Made by a program: the position numbers and the translations under genes. Under the pieces are notes generated by a model. It worked only from the letters and a program-made list of their open reading frames with translations. It searched no databases and was not told the DNA's origin. Shown here in pieces: positions 31,560 through 39,380 of a stretch of DNA of 64,000 nucleotides. Numbering within the stretch: position 1 is the first letter of the stretch; each line of letters starts with the position of its first letter. The stretch comes from Candidatus Entotheonellaceae bacterium. GTDB taxonomy: Bacteria > Tectomicrobia > Entotheonellia > Entotheonellales > Entotheonellaceae. The DNA lies in assembly GCA_965238075.1 (NCBI GenBank), contig OZ250173.1, positions 2,240,001 to 2,304,000 of the forward strand. Direction: 5' to 3'.

Positions 31560-32570
31560 TCATTCCGGCGCACGCCGGAAGGTGGATTCACATTTCAAGT
31601 GCAACACGTGTTTCCAGAAGGTCTCGGCTGGCGTTTGGTAACCGAGACATTTGCGAGGCGTATTGTTGTACGCCTGCACCCGTTCCGTAAAGCGCTTCTC
31701 TGGCAACAGCGCCAAGTCCGTCTTACGGGGCAAGCTGCGGCGCATGCGACCGATGTCGTTTTCCACTCCGCCCTTTTGCCACGGCGCATGGGTGTCGCAG
31801 AAGAAGGTCTCGATGCCGAGGTCATGGAGCTTGTAATGTCTTGCGAACTCCGTGCCGTTGTCGAAGGTGACCGTTTGGCGCCACTCAGACGGCAAGGAGC
31901 CCAGGAGACCTCTCATGGCCTTGGCGATGGGAGCGGCGGCTTTGCCGGGCGCCCTGGCCGCGATGAGAAGACGCGACTGGCGCTCGTGCAAAGTCAGGAT
32001 CGCTTGTCCATAAGTCCTGAACAGCATCAGGTCGGCCTCCCAGTGGCCGGGTGTGCGGCGCTCAGCGACCTCGGTCGGACGCTCCGCCAGGGGTCGTCTG
32101 AGTTTGATGAAGGACGCCGGACTGCGGCCTTTGCGCCGCCGTCTGCCGCGTTTCGATTTGGCAAAGGGCAGATAGTGGCGCCAGGCGTAGTCGTTCTTGC
32201 GGGCGAGTTGGGCATAGATGAAGCGGTAGATGGTCTCGTATGAGATAAGGCACTTGGTGGCCTGGCGGGCGAGCCTGCCGGCCACCTGTTGGGGCGACCA
32301 GCCGAGCTTGAGGCAGGCCAGGAGGCGGTGTCGCAGGGCTGCATCGCGCTCAAGCTTTGAGCCGCGCCAACGCCTGGCGCGGGCCTGCTGGTCGGCATAG
32401 CGGGGCTGGTAGCCGTGGGTCTTTGAGCCATGGCGTTTCAGCTCACGAGTAAGGGTTGATGGCTTGCGATCCAGACTTGCCGCGATTTGGCGCACTGAGT
32501 GCCCCTCGGTACGTAATCGGGCAATGTGACATCGCTCCTCGATGTTGAGGTGTGTGTAGCAGAGTCCCAT
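31560..32570 (-). CDS. IS30-family transposase
   Basis: YTHLNIEER HTH, WSPQQV, SYETIYRFIY, GHWEADL, TFDNGTEF, PWQKGGVEN, NNTPRKCLGYQTP. Confidence 0.96.
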   Translation of the reverse strand: MGLCYTHLNIEERCHIARLRTEGHSVRQIAASLDRKPSTLTRELKRHGSKTHGYQPRYADQQARARRWRGSKLERDAALRHRLLACLKLGWSPQQVAGRLARQATKCLISYETIYRFIYAQLARKNDYAWRHYLPFAKSKRGRRRRKGRSPASFIKLRRPLAERPTEVAERRTPGHWEADLMLFRTYGQAILTLHERQSRLLIAARAPGKAAAPIAKAMRGLLGSLPSEWRQTVTFDNGTEFARHYKLHDLGIETFFCDTHAPWQKGGVENDIGRMRRSLPRKTDLALLPEKRFTERVQAYNNTPRKCLGYQTPAETFWKHVLHLKCESTFRRAPE

Positions 32571-32614
32571 GGCAACACCTTAACAAAGTGTTGCACTTCG
32601 TTTGTGATTCTAGG
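31581..32614 (-). mobile_element. IS30-family insertion sequence (about 1.03 kb)
   Basis: Imperfect terminal IRs TGGATTCACATTTCAAGTGCAACAC / TAGAATCACAAACGAAGTGCAACAC (19/25); flanking duplication GAA or GGAA (31577-31580, 32614-32617). Confidence 0.92.
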
Positions 32615-32718
32615 GAATCCAGCGGCCTTGATTTCAGTCTGGGTACAGGTTCTTGGTCGCCGGAAAGCCGCTGGACTCCGGCCTTCGCCGGAGTGACGGC
32701 ACAGACTCTGGAGACCAC

Positions 32719-33014
32719 TCACACCAGATCATCATACAAGTCTTGCCAAGTCGGGTTCTGCTTCTCTATAAGCGTCACTTTCCACTTCCGTTGCCAGTTC
32801 TTGATCTGTTTTTCCCAGCTGATGGCTGAGGCCATCTCGTCGTGCAGTTCAAAGTACACCAATGTATGGACGCCGTATTTCTTCGTGAACCCTTCGGTCA
32901 CATCGTTTCTGTGCTGCCACACACGTGCGGGCAGGTTGCTGGTTACGCCTGTGTAAAGCGCGCCGTTACGGCGGTTGGCCAGGATATAGACGGCGGGGGC
33001 TGTTTGTTGGTCAC
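32719..33014 (-). pseudogene. Small stand-alone GIY-YIG nuclease, frameshifted in a C5 run near the start
   Basis: GTG-TNKQP, then frameshift at 32995-32999, then AVYILANRRNGALYTGVTSNLPARVWQH...GFTKKYGVHTLVYFE...AISWEKQIKNWQRKWK..LIEKQNPTWQDL; 296 nt from GTG to stop is not a multiple of 3. Confidence 0.85.
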
Positions 33015-33058
33015 GCGATGCCTTGTGGATATCGGAGGACGCGCGCCGCTATCAATGG

Positions 33059-33715
33059 TTATGGCGGAAGCTCAAGACCTTGCCGGGCGCAGAAGTCGGC
33101 CAAGTCGCGCAGGGTGCGGACGCGGGCCTGGGCTTGCGGGTTGTCTTGCCGGCGCCGGTGGTGCGCCTCCGGGTCGGTGTCGAGGATGAGGGCGCCGTCT
33201 ACCAGGCTGACGTATTGAACACGGCGGCGGTCGGCAGCCGCAGGGGCAGCATTAGATTCGACCCGGCCGTCGGCAAGAATCGGCGGCTTGCCGGCGGCGA
33301 AACCACTGGCGATTTCGTCGGCGCGGTCGTTGCCGGGGTCGCCGCTGTGGCCGCGCACGTGCCGCCACTTGACCCGCCCGGGATCTTCGGCGTCCAACTG
33401 CCTCCACAGGTCGCGATTCTTGACCGGTGTGCGGCTGGCGGTCACCCAGCCCTTGCGTTTCCAGCCGGACAGCCATTTCGTCAGGCCGTTGATGACGTAT
33501 TGGCTGTCTGAGTACACGATGGCTGCCGCGCCCGGTTCGATGGCCTGCAGGGCCGCCAGCGCCCCTTGCAGTTCCATGCGGTTGTTGGTGGTCGCCGCCT
33601 CGCGGCCGCCCAGTTCGCGCACGGTGCCGTCGGGGTAGAGGATGCGCACGCCCCAGCCGCCGGGGCCGGGGTTGCCCAGGCAAGCGCCGTCGGTATACAC
33701 GAGGATGTCAGGCAT
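33059..33715 (-). CDS. rnhA: Ribonuclease HI with C-terminal extension
   Basis: YTDGACLGNPGPGGWG, TTNNRMEL, SDSQYV, PVKNRDLW, HVRGHSGDPGNDRAD. Confidence 0.95.
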   Translation of the reverse strand: MPDILVYTDGACLGNPGPGGWGVRILYPDGTVRELGGREAATTNNRMELQGALAALQAIEPGAAAIVYSDSQYVINGLTKWLSGWKRKGWVTASRTPVKNRDLWRQLDAEDPGRVKWRHVRGHSGDPGNDRADEIASGFAAGKPPILADGRVESNAAPAAADRRRVQYVSLVDGALILDTDPEAHHRRRQDNPQAQARVRTLRDLADFCARQGLELPP

Positions 33716-33877
33716 CGTTTTGTCACCTTGGCTCTTGCGAGCCGGCTGGGTTTGTGGGGTTTGGAGCGGCCTGGTTGACGACGACAAAGGGCTTGAAAAA
33801 CGGCAGAACCTGTATATCTTGAGGCGTTTTCCGAACCATCAGCACCGGACAGAAGACCATCAGAGGAGCTTACGCGA

Positions 33878-34390
33878 ATGGCGATTCGAACCGCAAACGT
33901 AATTATGCCAGGAAACGAGAACGCGTTCGACACGGGGGCGCGGGGCGCCTTGCCCAAACTGGCAGACCTCGAAGACAAATACCGCACCCTGCTGGAAGGG
34001 CCGGTCACCTGCACCCTGGCGACCATGATGCCCAATGGCAGGCCCCAGTTGACCCCCATCTGGGTGGCCCATGACGGCACGCATATCCTGGTGAATACCA
34101 AGAAGGGACGGGTCAAGGACGAGAACATGCGCGCCCGACCGCAGGTCAGCATCATGGCGGTGAACCCGGAGAATCCATACCACTGGATGACGATCAACGG
34201 CCGCGTCGTCGATATGATCGAAGAAACCGATCCTCAGCGGGGACATGAGGCCACGACCAACGTAAACGCCTTGTCCAAGCGCTACATCGATCAAGACCCC
34301 TATCCGTTGCGTGATCCGCGCGGCGAAGTGCGGGTGCTGTTCAAGGTGCTGCCGGAGTACATTATGACCTTCGGCCCGCCGCCGAGCTGA
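33878..34390 (+). CDS. PPOX-class (putative F420-dependent) split-barrel oxidoreductase
   Basis: LATMMPNGRPQLTPIW, NTKKGRVKDENM..RPQVS, PENPY, LSKRY, YP..RV. Confidence 0.82.
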   Translation: MAIRTANVIMPGNENAFDTGARGALPKLADLEDKYRTLLEGPVTCTLATMMPNGRPQLTPIWVAHDGTHILVNTKKGRVKDENMRARPQVSIMAVNPENPYHWMTINGRVVDMIEETDPQRGHEATTNVNALSKRYIDQDPYPLRDPRGEVRVLFKVLPEYIMTFGPPPS

Positions 34391-34536
34391 GTTGGGGAAA
34401 CGCGCCAGGGGGCCGACATCGCGGTGCTTCTCAACGTGGTTCCTATGATGAAAACCGGTTCCCTGGGTTCCCGCCATAGGATTCCCTTGCGGGGACCGAA
34501 GATGTCGGACGAGACCGCGGGCCGGGAATTGCCCTC

Positions 34537-34842
34537 ATGAATTTTGAACCGGGCTTTGAATGGGATGAGGACAAAGATAGAGCAAATCAAGCCAAGCACG
34601 GCACCAGCTTCGAGGAAGTTTTGCCTATCTTCGACGGACCCACCCTCACGAAAATTGATGACCGGAGAGATTATGGCGAAATACGCCGGATCACCACGGG
34701 TATGCTCTTGCCGGATATCGTGTTAGTAGTGGCCCATCCGGACCGCGGCGGGAAGATTCGGCTCATTTCAGCCCGCAAAGCCAGTCGCCAGGAAAGGCAG
34801 GCATTTTATGACTATCTCGCGAAAGCGTCTGAAGGAAATTGA
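34537..34842 (+). CDS. brnT: BrnT-family toxin
   Basis: FEWDEDK..AN.AKHG.SFEE, DYGE.R, IRLISARKA..ER..Y. Confidence 0.9.
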   Translation: MNFEPGFEWDEDKDRANQAKHGTSFEEVLPIFDGPTLTKIDDRRDYGEIRRITTGMLLPDIVLVVAHPDRGGKIRLISARKASRQERQAFYDYLAKASEGN

Positions 34843-35062
34843 AGCCATACGGGACGAGGATATTGACTATAGCGATATCCCTGAAACCGATGCAGCGTTC
34901 TGGGCGGATGCGGAATTCCGTATGCCCCCGGCCAAGCAGGGTGTGTACGTGCAATTGGATCAGGACATCCTGACATGGCTCAAGGGCCAAGGACCCCATT
35001 ATCAGACTCGGATCAACACCATTCTGCGGGCCTATATGGAAGCCGACCGGCCGTCGTCATAA
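34808..35062 (+). CDS. brnA: BrnA-family antitoxin
   Basis: IDYSDIPE, LDQDILTWLK.QG..YQTRINTILRAYM. Confidence 0.9.
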   Translation: MTISRKRLKEIEAIRDEDIDYSDIPETDAAFWADAEFRMPPAKQGVYVQLDQDILTWLKGQGPHYQTRINTILRAYMEADRPSS

Positions 35063-35110
35063 CTGGACCATCTCCTCCGCCCCTTCCCGTGCGGCCACTG
35101 TGGCCCCCAA

Positions 35111-36157
35111 TCATTCCGCTTCCTCATTGATCCCGCGAACCAGGTCAATCGCACGACCCAGCGTTTCCAGCCGTTCGGCGAGGGTGTTGCCGGCGGGGTA
35201 GACGCGCAGCGTGGTGATGCCCGCGTCGCGCCAGGCGCGCATGCGCCCCCGGACCATGGTCTCGGGGCCGATCATCGTCGTTTCCAGCACCATCTCGTCA
35301 GGGACGCACGCGGCGGCTTCCTGGCGTTTGCCCGTCACCCACAGTTGCTGCACGCGGGTCGCCACGTCGGGCCAGCCTTGGCGGCTGTAAGCGTCGTTGT
35401 AGAAATTGGTGCTCGCCGAGCCCATGCCGCCGAGGGAGAACGCCAGGCCGCGTTTGCGCTCGGCGACCAAGACGTCGACGTCGTCGCTGAAGGCCACGTC
35501 GCCGCTTTGCGACAGATCCAGATCGGCAAGGTGACGTCCGGCGCGGGCGGCTCCGGCGGCCAGATGATCGGTGTAGGCCGTGGCGCCGCGCGGGATGAAG
35601 CTGGTGCCGATCCAGCCGTCGGCGAGCTCGCCGGTCAGTTCGAGCATTTTCGGCGCCAGGGTCGCCAGGTAGATGGGGATGTTGGGATTTGCCGGCTGGC
35701 TGAGGCGCAGCGCCTTGCCCTCGCCGCCGGGCCGCGGCAGGGTGAAATGCCTGCCCTGATAGGTGAGGCGCTCGCCGGCGAACGCCAGGCGGATGATGTC
35801 GATGGTCTCGCGCATGCGGCCCAGCGGGTGCGCGAACGGCTGGCCGTGCAACCCCTCGATGACCTGCGGGCCGCTGACTCCGAGGCCGAGGATGAAGCGG
35901 TTGTTGCACAGGCTGCTCAGGGTGAGGGCGGTCTGGGCGACCAGGGCGGGGGTGCGGATGCCGATTTGCAGGATGCCGCTGGCCAGCAGGATGCGCTCGG
36001 TTTTCGCCGCCAGGTAGCCCAGCGGGCTGACGCCGTCGGTGCCCCAGGCTTCGGCGACGAAGCACACCGCGGCGCCGAGGCGCTCGGCTTCCTGCACGTA
36101 GGTGACGGCGTCGTTCCATGAGCCGCCTGCGGCGCCAAGCTGGATGGCCACGCGCAT
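35111..36157 (-). CDS. LLM-class (luciferase-like, probably F420-dependent) oxidoreductase
   Basis: AEAWGTD, RTPA, RFILGLGVSGPQVIEGLHG, PIYLA, GELADGW. Confidence 0.9.
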   Translation of the reverse strand: MRVAIQLGAAGGSWNDAVTYVQEAERLGAAVCFVAEAWGTDGVSPLGYLAAKTERILLASGILQIGIRTPALVAQTALTLSSLCNNRFILGLGVSGPQVIEGLHGQPFAHPLGRMRETIDIIRLAFAGERLTYQGRHFTLPRPGGEGKALRLSQPANPNIPIYLATLAPKMLELTGELADGWIGTSFIPRGATAYTDHLAAGAARAGRHLADLDLSQSGDVAFSDDVDVLVAERKRGLAFSLGGMGSASTNFYNDAYSRQGWPDVATRVQQLWVTGKRQEAAACVPDEMVLETTMIGPETMVRGRMRAWRDAGITTLRVYPAGNTLAERLETLGRAIDLVRGINEEAE

Positions 36158-36159
36158 CG

Positions 36160-36654
36160 TCAGGCCCCTTGCTCGGCGGCGGCCTTCAGACCTTCGAGAG
36201 TGGCTTGCATGTTGCGGCGGATCTCGGCGCAGCGGGCGGCAACGATGTCTTCTTCCCGGTCGGGCCGTTCGGCAATGCGCGCCGTCAGGCCGGAGGGTCC
36301 CGGCCCCAGGCGCACGTGCTGCCGCACCCGCGTGCCGTCACCCTCGGGCTGCAGATCGAATCGCCACGTCGCGGCGGCGTTGCCGGGATCACTCACCGCC
36401 CAGGCGAGCGCTTGTCCCGGCACCGATTCGATGACCGTGGACTCACTTTCCCACGCCCGCTCGCCGCGCCTGTTGCGGCCCTTGAAACGCGCCCCGACGG
36501 CGGGCCCGGCGGCGCCGTCGAGCCAGTCGCCGCCCTGGTACTCGGGGCTCCACTCGCCCATGAGCGCGAGGTCGCCCACCAGTTCCCACACCCGCACCGG
36601 TGCTGCCTCTACCCAGATATTCACTTCAACGGCCGGTCCGTCCTGCATTCGCAT
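36160..36654 (-). CDS. SRPBCC/polyketide cyclase-like ligand-binding protein
   Basis: VWELV.D...MGEWSPE, VGARFKGRNR, WRFDL.P.GDGT, NMQATLEGLKAAAE. Confidence 0.85.
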   Translation of the reverse strand: MRMQDGPAVEVNIWVEAAPVRVWELVGDLALMGEWSPEYQGGDWLDGAAGPAVGARFKGRNRRGERAWESESTVIESVPGQALAWAVSDPGNAAATWRFDLQPEGDGTRVRQHVRLGPGPSGLTARIAERPDREEDIVAARCAEIRRNMQATLEGLKAAAEQGA

Positions 36655-36670
36655 GTTCGGCTTCCTTACA

Positions 36671-37762
36671 TCATCTTATCCGCGCTGCCATGACCACGCT
36701 GCCGGCCGCGAGACAGCCGTTGGCGCTCCAGGCCGCCAGCAACGGCGGGAGTTGCCCGTTGACGCCGAGAGCGATGGCGAAGGAGTGCAGAATCCAGTAG
36801 CTGAAACCGGCGGCCAAGGTCAGGGCGACGGCGCGAATCATGCCGCCGCTACGGTTGGAGAGCAGGGAAAGGGGCAGGCCGAAGCAGGCCATGAGGACGC
36901 CCACCGCGGCGAAGGCGATCTTGCCGTGGAACGCCACCCGATACAGGCGGTCCGGCACCCCTTGCTGCTGCAGGCGCCGGGCGTGCGCAAGGCTCTCCTG
37001 CAGGCTCATCTCGTCCGGTTCCTTGCGTACCGCGCCGATGTCCTCGGCGCGTTCCGTGAAGTCGACGCGCCGGACGCTGAACACCTCCGGGCTGGCGGCG
37101 AAATGGCCCTCCTCGTCGAAGGTGTGCCGCTGGCCCTCGTGCAGCGTCCAGCCGTCGGCGTCCCAGCGCGCCTCGGCGGCATCGTAACGCTGCCGAACGC
37201 GCCCAGTGTCGTCCACCTCGAAGATAGTAACGTTGAGCAGGCGTTGTTCCAGCGGCAGGCCGCGCTTGATGCTCCAGATTCGCTGGGCGCTACGATACCA
37301 GATGTGCCCGCGCTGAAACAGGCCCTGGCCCAGGTCCATCTTGGCGTGGCGAACGCGGGTGCGCCAGATCAGGTTGGCGGTGTGATTGGTGTGCGGCACC
37401 AAGTAGACCTGCGCCAGCAGCATGGCCAGGCACACGGCGCCGCCCGGCACGACCAGCGGCCAGGCGAGGCTCAGGGGGGAGCGGCCTGCCGCGCGGATCG
37501 CCACGATTTCGTTGTTCTTGTTGAGGGTGCTGAAGGTGAGCACCGAGGCGAGCAGACAGCCGATCGGCGCCATCTGGTAGAGAATGCCGGGCAGCTTGAA
37601 TGCCAGGTAGCGCGCCGCGTCGTACCACAGGACTTGCCGCTCGATGAATTCGTCGATGCGGTCGAAGATTTCCACGACCAGAAACAGGGCCGTGCACAGG
37701 CCCAGGCTGGCGGCGAAGTAGGTCACGAAGTAGCGGCAGACGTAGCGGCTGAACAACGACAT
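36671..37762 (-). CDS. lptG: LPS export ABC permease LptG (LptF/LptG family)
   Basis: SRYV..YF, NEIVAIRAAGRS, PDEMS, LPPLLAAW.AN; start placed at MSLFSRY. Confidence 0.85.
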   Translation of the reverse strand: MSLFSRYVCRYFVTYFAASLGLCTALFLVVEIFDRIDEFIERQVLWYDAARYLAFKLPGILYQMAPIGCLLASVLTFSTLNKNNEIVAIRAAGRSPLSLAWPLVVPGGAVCLAMLLAQVYLVPHTNHTANLIWRTRVRHAKMDLGQGLFQRGHIWYRSAQRIWSIKRGLPLEQRLLNVTIFEVDDTGRVRQRYDAAEARWDADGWTLHEGQRHTFDEEGHFAASPEVFSVRRVDFTERAEDIGAVRKEPDEMSLQESLAHARRLQQQGVPDRLYRVAFHGKIAFAAVGVLMACFGLPLSLLSNRSGGMIRAVALTLAAGFSYWILHSFAIALGVNGQLPPLLAAWSANGCLAAGSVVMAARIR

Positions 37763-37811
37763 GGGGGATTCCGTTTCGGCTTTCGGAATGGTGGGGACGT
37801 TGGCGGCTGTT

Positions 37812-37841
37812 GTAGGTCGGATTAGCGCAGCGTAATCCGAC
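37812..37841 (+). repeat. GTAG-type REP
   Basis: GTAGGTCGGATTAGCGCAGCGTAATCCGAC (GTAG plus GTCGGATTA/TAATCCGAC stem). Confidence 0.85.
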
Positions 37842-37847
37842 ATTCCG

Positions 37848-38498
37848 CTATGCGCTGCGGCAGACGCAATAGATGACCTTGACGTTGTCGGCGTAATCCG
37901 CATTGCCGGGCAGATATACCTGGGGCTCGGAGACCGAAACCGGCGTCCATGTCCCCTCATCGGCCAGCGTTTGCATCACGCCGGCGACGTCACGTTCGTT
38001 GAACAGATCCTGCCGCTGCGTAAAGGCCACCAGGCCGCCCGGTTGTACGACCCGGCAAAATTCCCGCATGATGGTGGCCGTGTCCGGGATGTAGGTCAGC
38101 ACGCCCACACACTGCACGGCGGTGAATTCGTCGGTCTCAAGCGGCAGGGGCATCTGTTGCAAGTTGACCTGGAGCAAACGCTCGTAGACTCCGGCTTGCG
38201 CGGCCACGTCGAGCGACGCCTGGGAGATGTCAATACCCGTCAGGCGCCGGAAACCGGCGGCGTGCAGCGCTTTGCCGGACAGGCCGGTGCCGCAACCGGC
38301 GTCCAGAACGCGACCATCCGGCGGCACCTCTTGCTTGAGCATCGTTGCCACAATCGTAGGACTCTGGTAATTCCATTGCGCCAGGGTCTGGTCGTAGTTT
38401 CCGGCCCAGGCATCGTAATACGCCGCGGTTTCCTGACTGTCGGTGCTGAGCTTGGTGAGCCAACTGTGGTCGTTGGGCTTGGGAGGTGATGCGGTCAT
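37848..38498 (-). CDS. Class I SAM-dependent methyltransferase
   Basis: YYDAWAGNYD, VLDAGCGTGLSG, GIDIS, RVVQPGG. Confidence 0.9.
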   Translation of the reverse strand: MTASPPKPNDHSWLTKLSTDSQETAAYYDAWAGNYDQTLAQWNYQSPTIVATMLKQEVPPDGRVLDAGCGTGLSGKALHAAGFRRLTGIDISQASLDVAAQAGVYERLLQVNLQQMPLPLETDEFTAVQCVGVLTYIPDTATIMREFCRVVQPGGLVAFTQRQDLFNERDVAGVMQTLADEGTWTPVSVSEPQVYLPGNADYADNVKVIYCVCRSA

Positions 38499-38605
38499 AG
38501 CGTCTCCATGCGCCGTAGCGTCCTGTTTTCTGTGCGTCGTCCTCGTGCCATATTACCCAGGGTTCAAGAATCCGGTCAAACTTCCGATTCGAGAGGCATG
38601 TTTTC

Positions 38606-39217
38606 ATGAACCAGCCCCGCTCGCCCGTGTTTACCATCGGACACTCGAATCACGCCGCCGAGGTGTTTCTGGGTCTCCTGCTCAGGCACGAGATTGAAGA
38701 GGTCGTGGATGTCCGGTCATCGCCGCATAGCCGGTACAATCCCCAATTCAACCGGAAGACCTTGCAGGCTGCGCTGTCGGAAGCGGGTGTCGGCTATGGG
38801 TTCATGGGCGTGGAACTTGGCGGGCGGCCGACGGACCCTTCGTGCTACGACAGCGAGGGGCGGGTTCAATACGACCGGTTGGCGGAAACGGATGCGTTCA
38901 AGGAGGGTATCCGGCAGGTCATCCAACGAACGGGCGAACGCCGCATCGCGCTGATGTGCAGCGAGAAGGAGCCACTGGATTGTCACCGGACGCTGCTGAT
39001 TGCCCAGGTTTTGACGGCGCGAGACCTTGGCATTGGGCACATTCTCGCCGACGGTGATCTGGAAAGCCACGCCGCTGCCGTGGACCGCTTGTTGGACAGG
39101 TTCAAATTACCCAGAGAAGGTGACATGTTCCGCTCCAGGGAACAGCTCATTGCGAACGCGGTGAGCAGACAGGCGGGGAAGGTGGCGTATGTCGGCAGAC
39201 CGCCGGGCATCGTTTAA
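38606..39217 (+). CDS. DUF488-domain protein
   Basis: FTIGHSNH, VDVRSSP.SR..PQFN, ELGGRP, ALMCSEKEPLDCHR. Confidence 0.88.
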   Translation: MNQPRSPVFTIGHSNHAAEVFLGLLLRHEIEEVVDVRSSPHSRYNPQFNRKTLQAALSEAGVGYGFMGVELGGRPTDPSCYDSEGRVQYDRLAETDAFKEGIRQVIQRTGERRIALMCSEKEPLDCHRTLLIAQVLTARDLGIGHILADGDLESHAAAVDRLLDRFKLPREGDMFRSREQLIANAVSRQAGKVAYVGRPPGIV

Positions 39218-39226
39218 TTTCAATGC

Positions 39227-39275
39227 ATAGTTTAAAGCTATTATAGAGATAGTTATTATGTATTTTACTTATAAT
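39227..39275 (+). promoter_or_regulatory. OxyR box plus -10 element of katA
   Basis: ATAG-N7-CTAT-N7-ATAG-N7-GTAT (39227-39263), then TATAAT (39270-39275). Confidence 0.8.
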
Positions 39276-39380
39276 TGATGTATCGCTACCTTCCTCCTCA
39301 GCACAACAACGTGACCCCCGACAGCTTCGACCCAGGGGCCTTGCAACCGCGTGATTCTCAACCGCTGAGGAGACGACATC

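Larger units (their letters stand above)
31559..32698 (-). repeat. CGTC-type double-hairpin element, copy 4, split by IS30 (pieces 32618-32698 and 31559-31580)
   Basis: Removing the IS restores CTGGATTCCGGCGTGCGCCGGAATGAC; the other arm GTCACTCCGGCGAAGGCCGGAGTCCAG is intact at 32671-32697. Confidence 0.9.

Noticed and set aside
32995-32999. Programmed frameshift or phase variation in the GIY-YIG gene
   Set aside because: A C5 run is short and there is no slippery heptamer. Decay or a sequencing indel is simpler; core genes in the window are intact, which favours real decay, but reads are needed.
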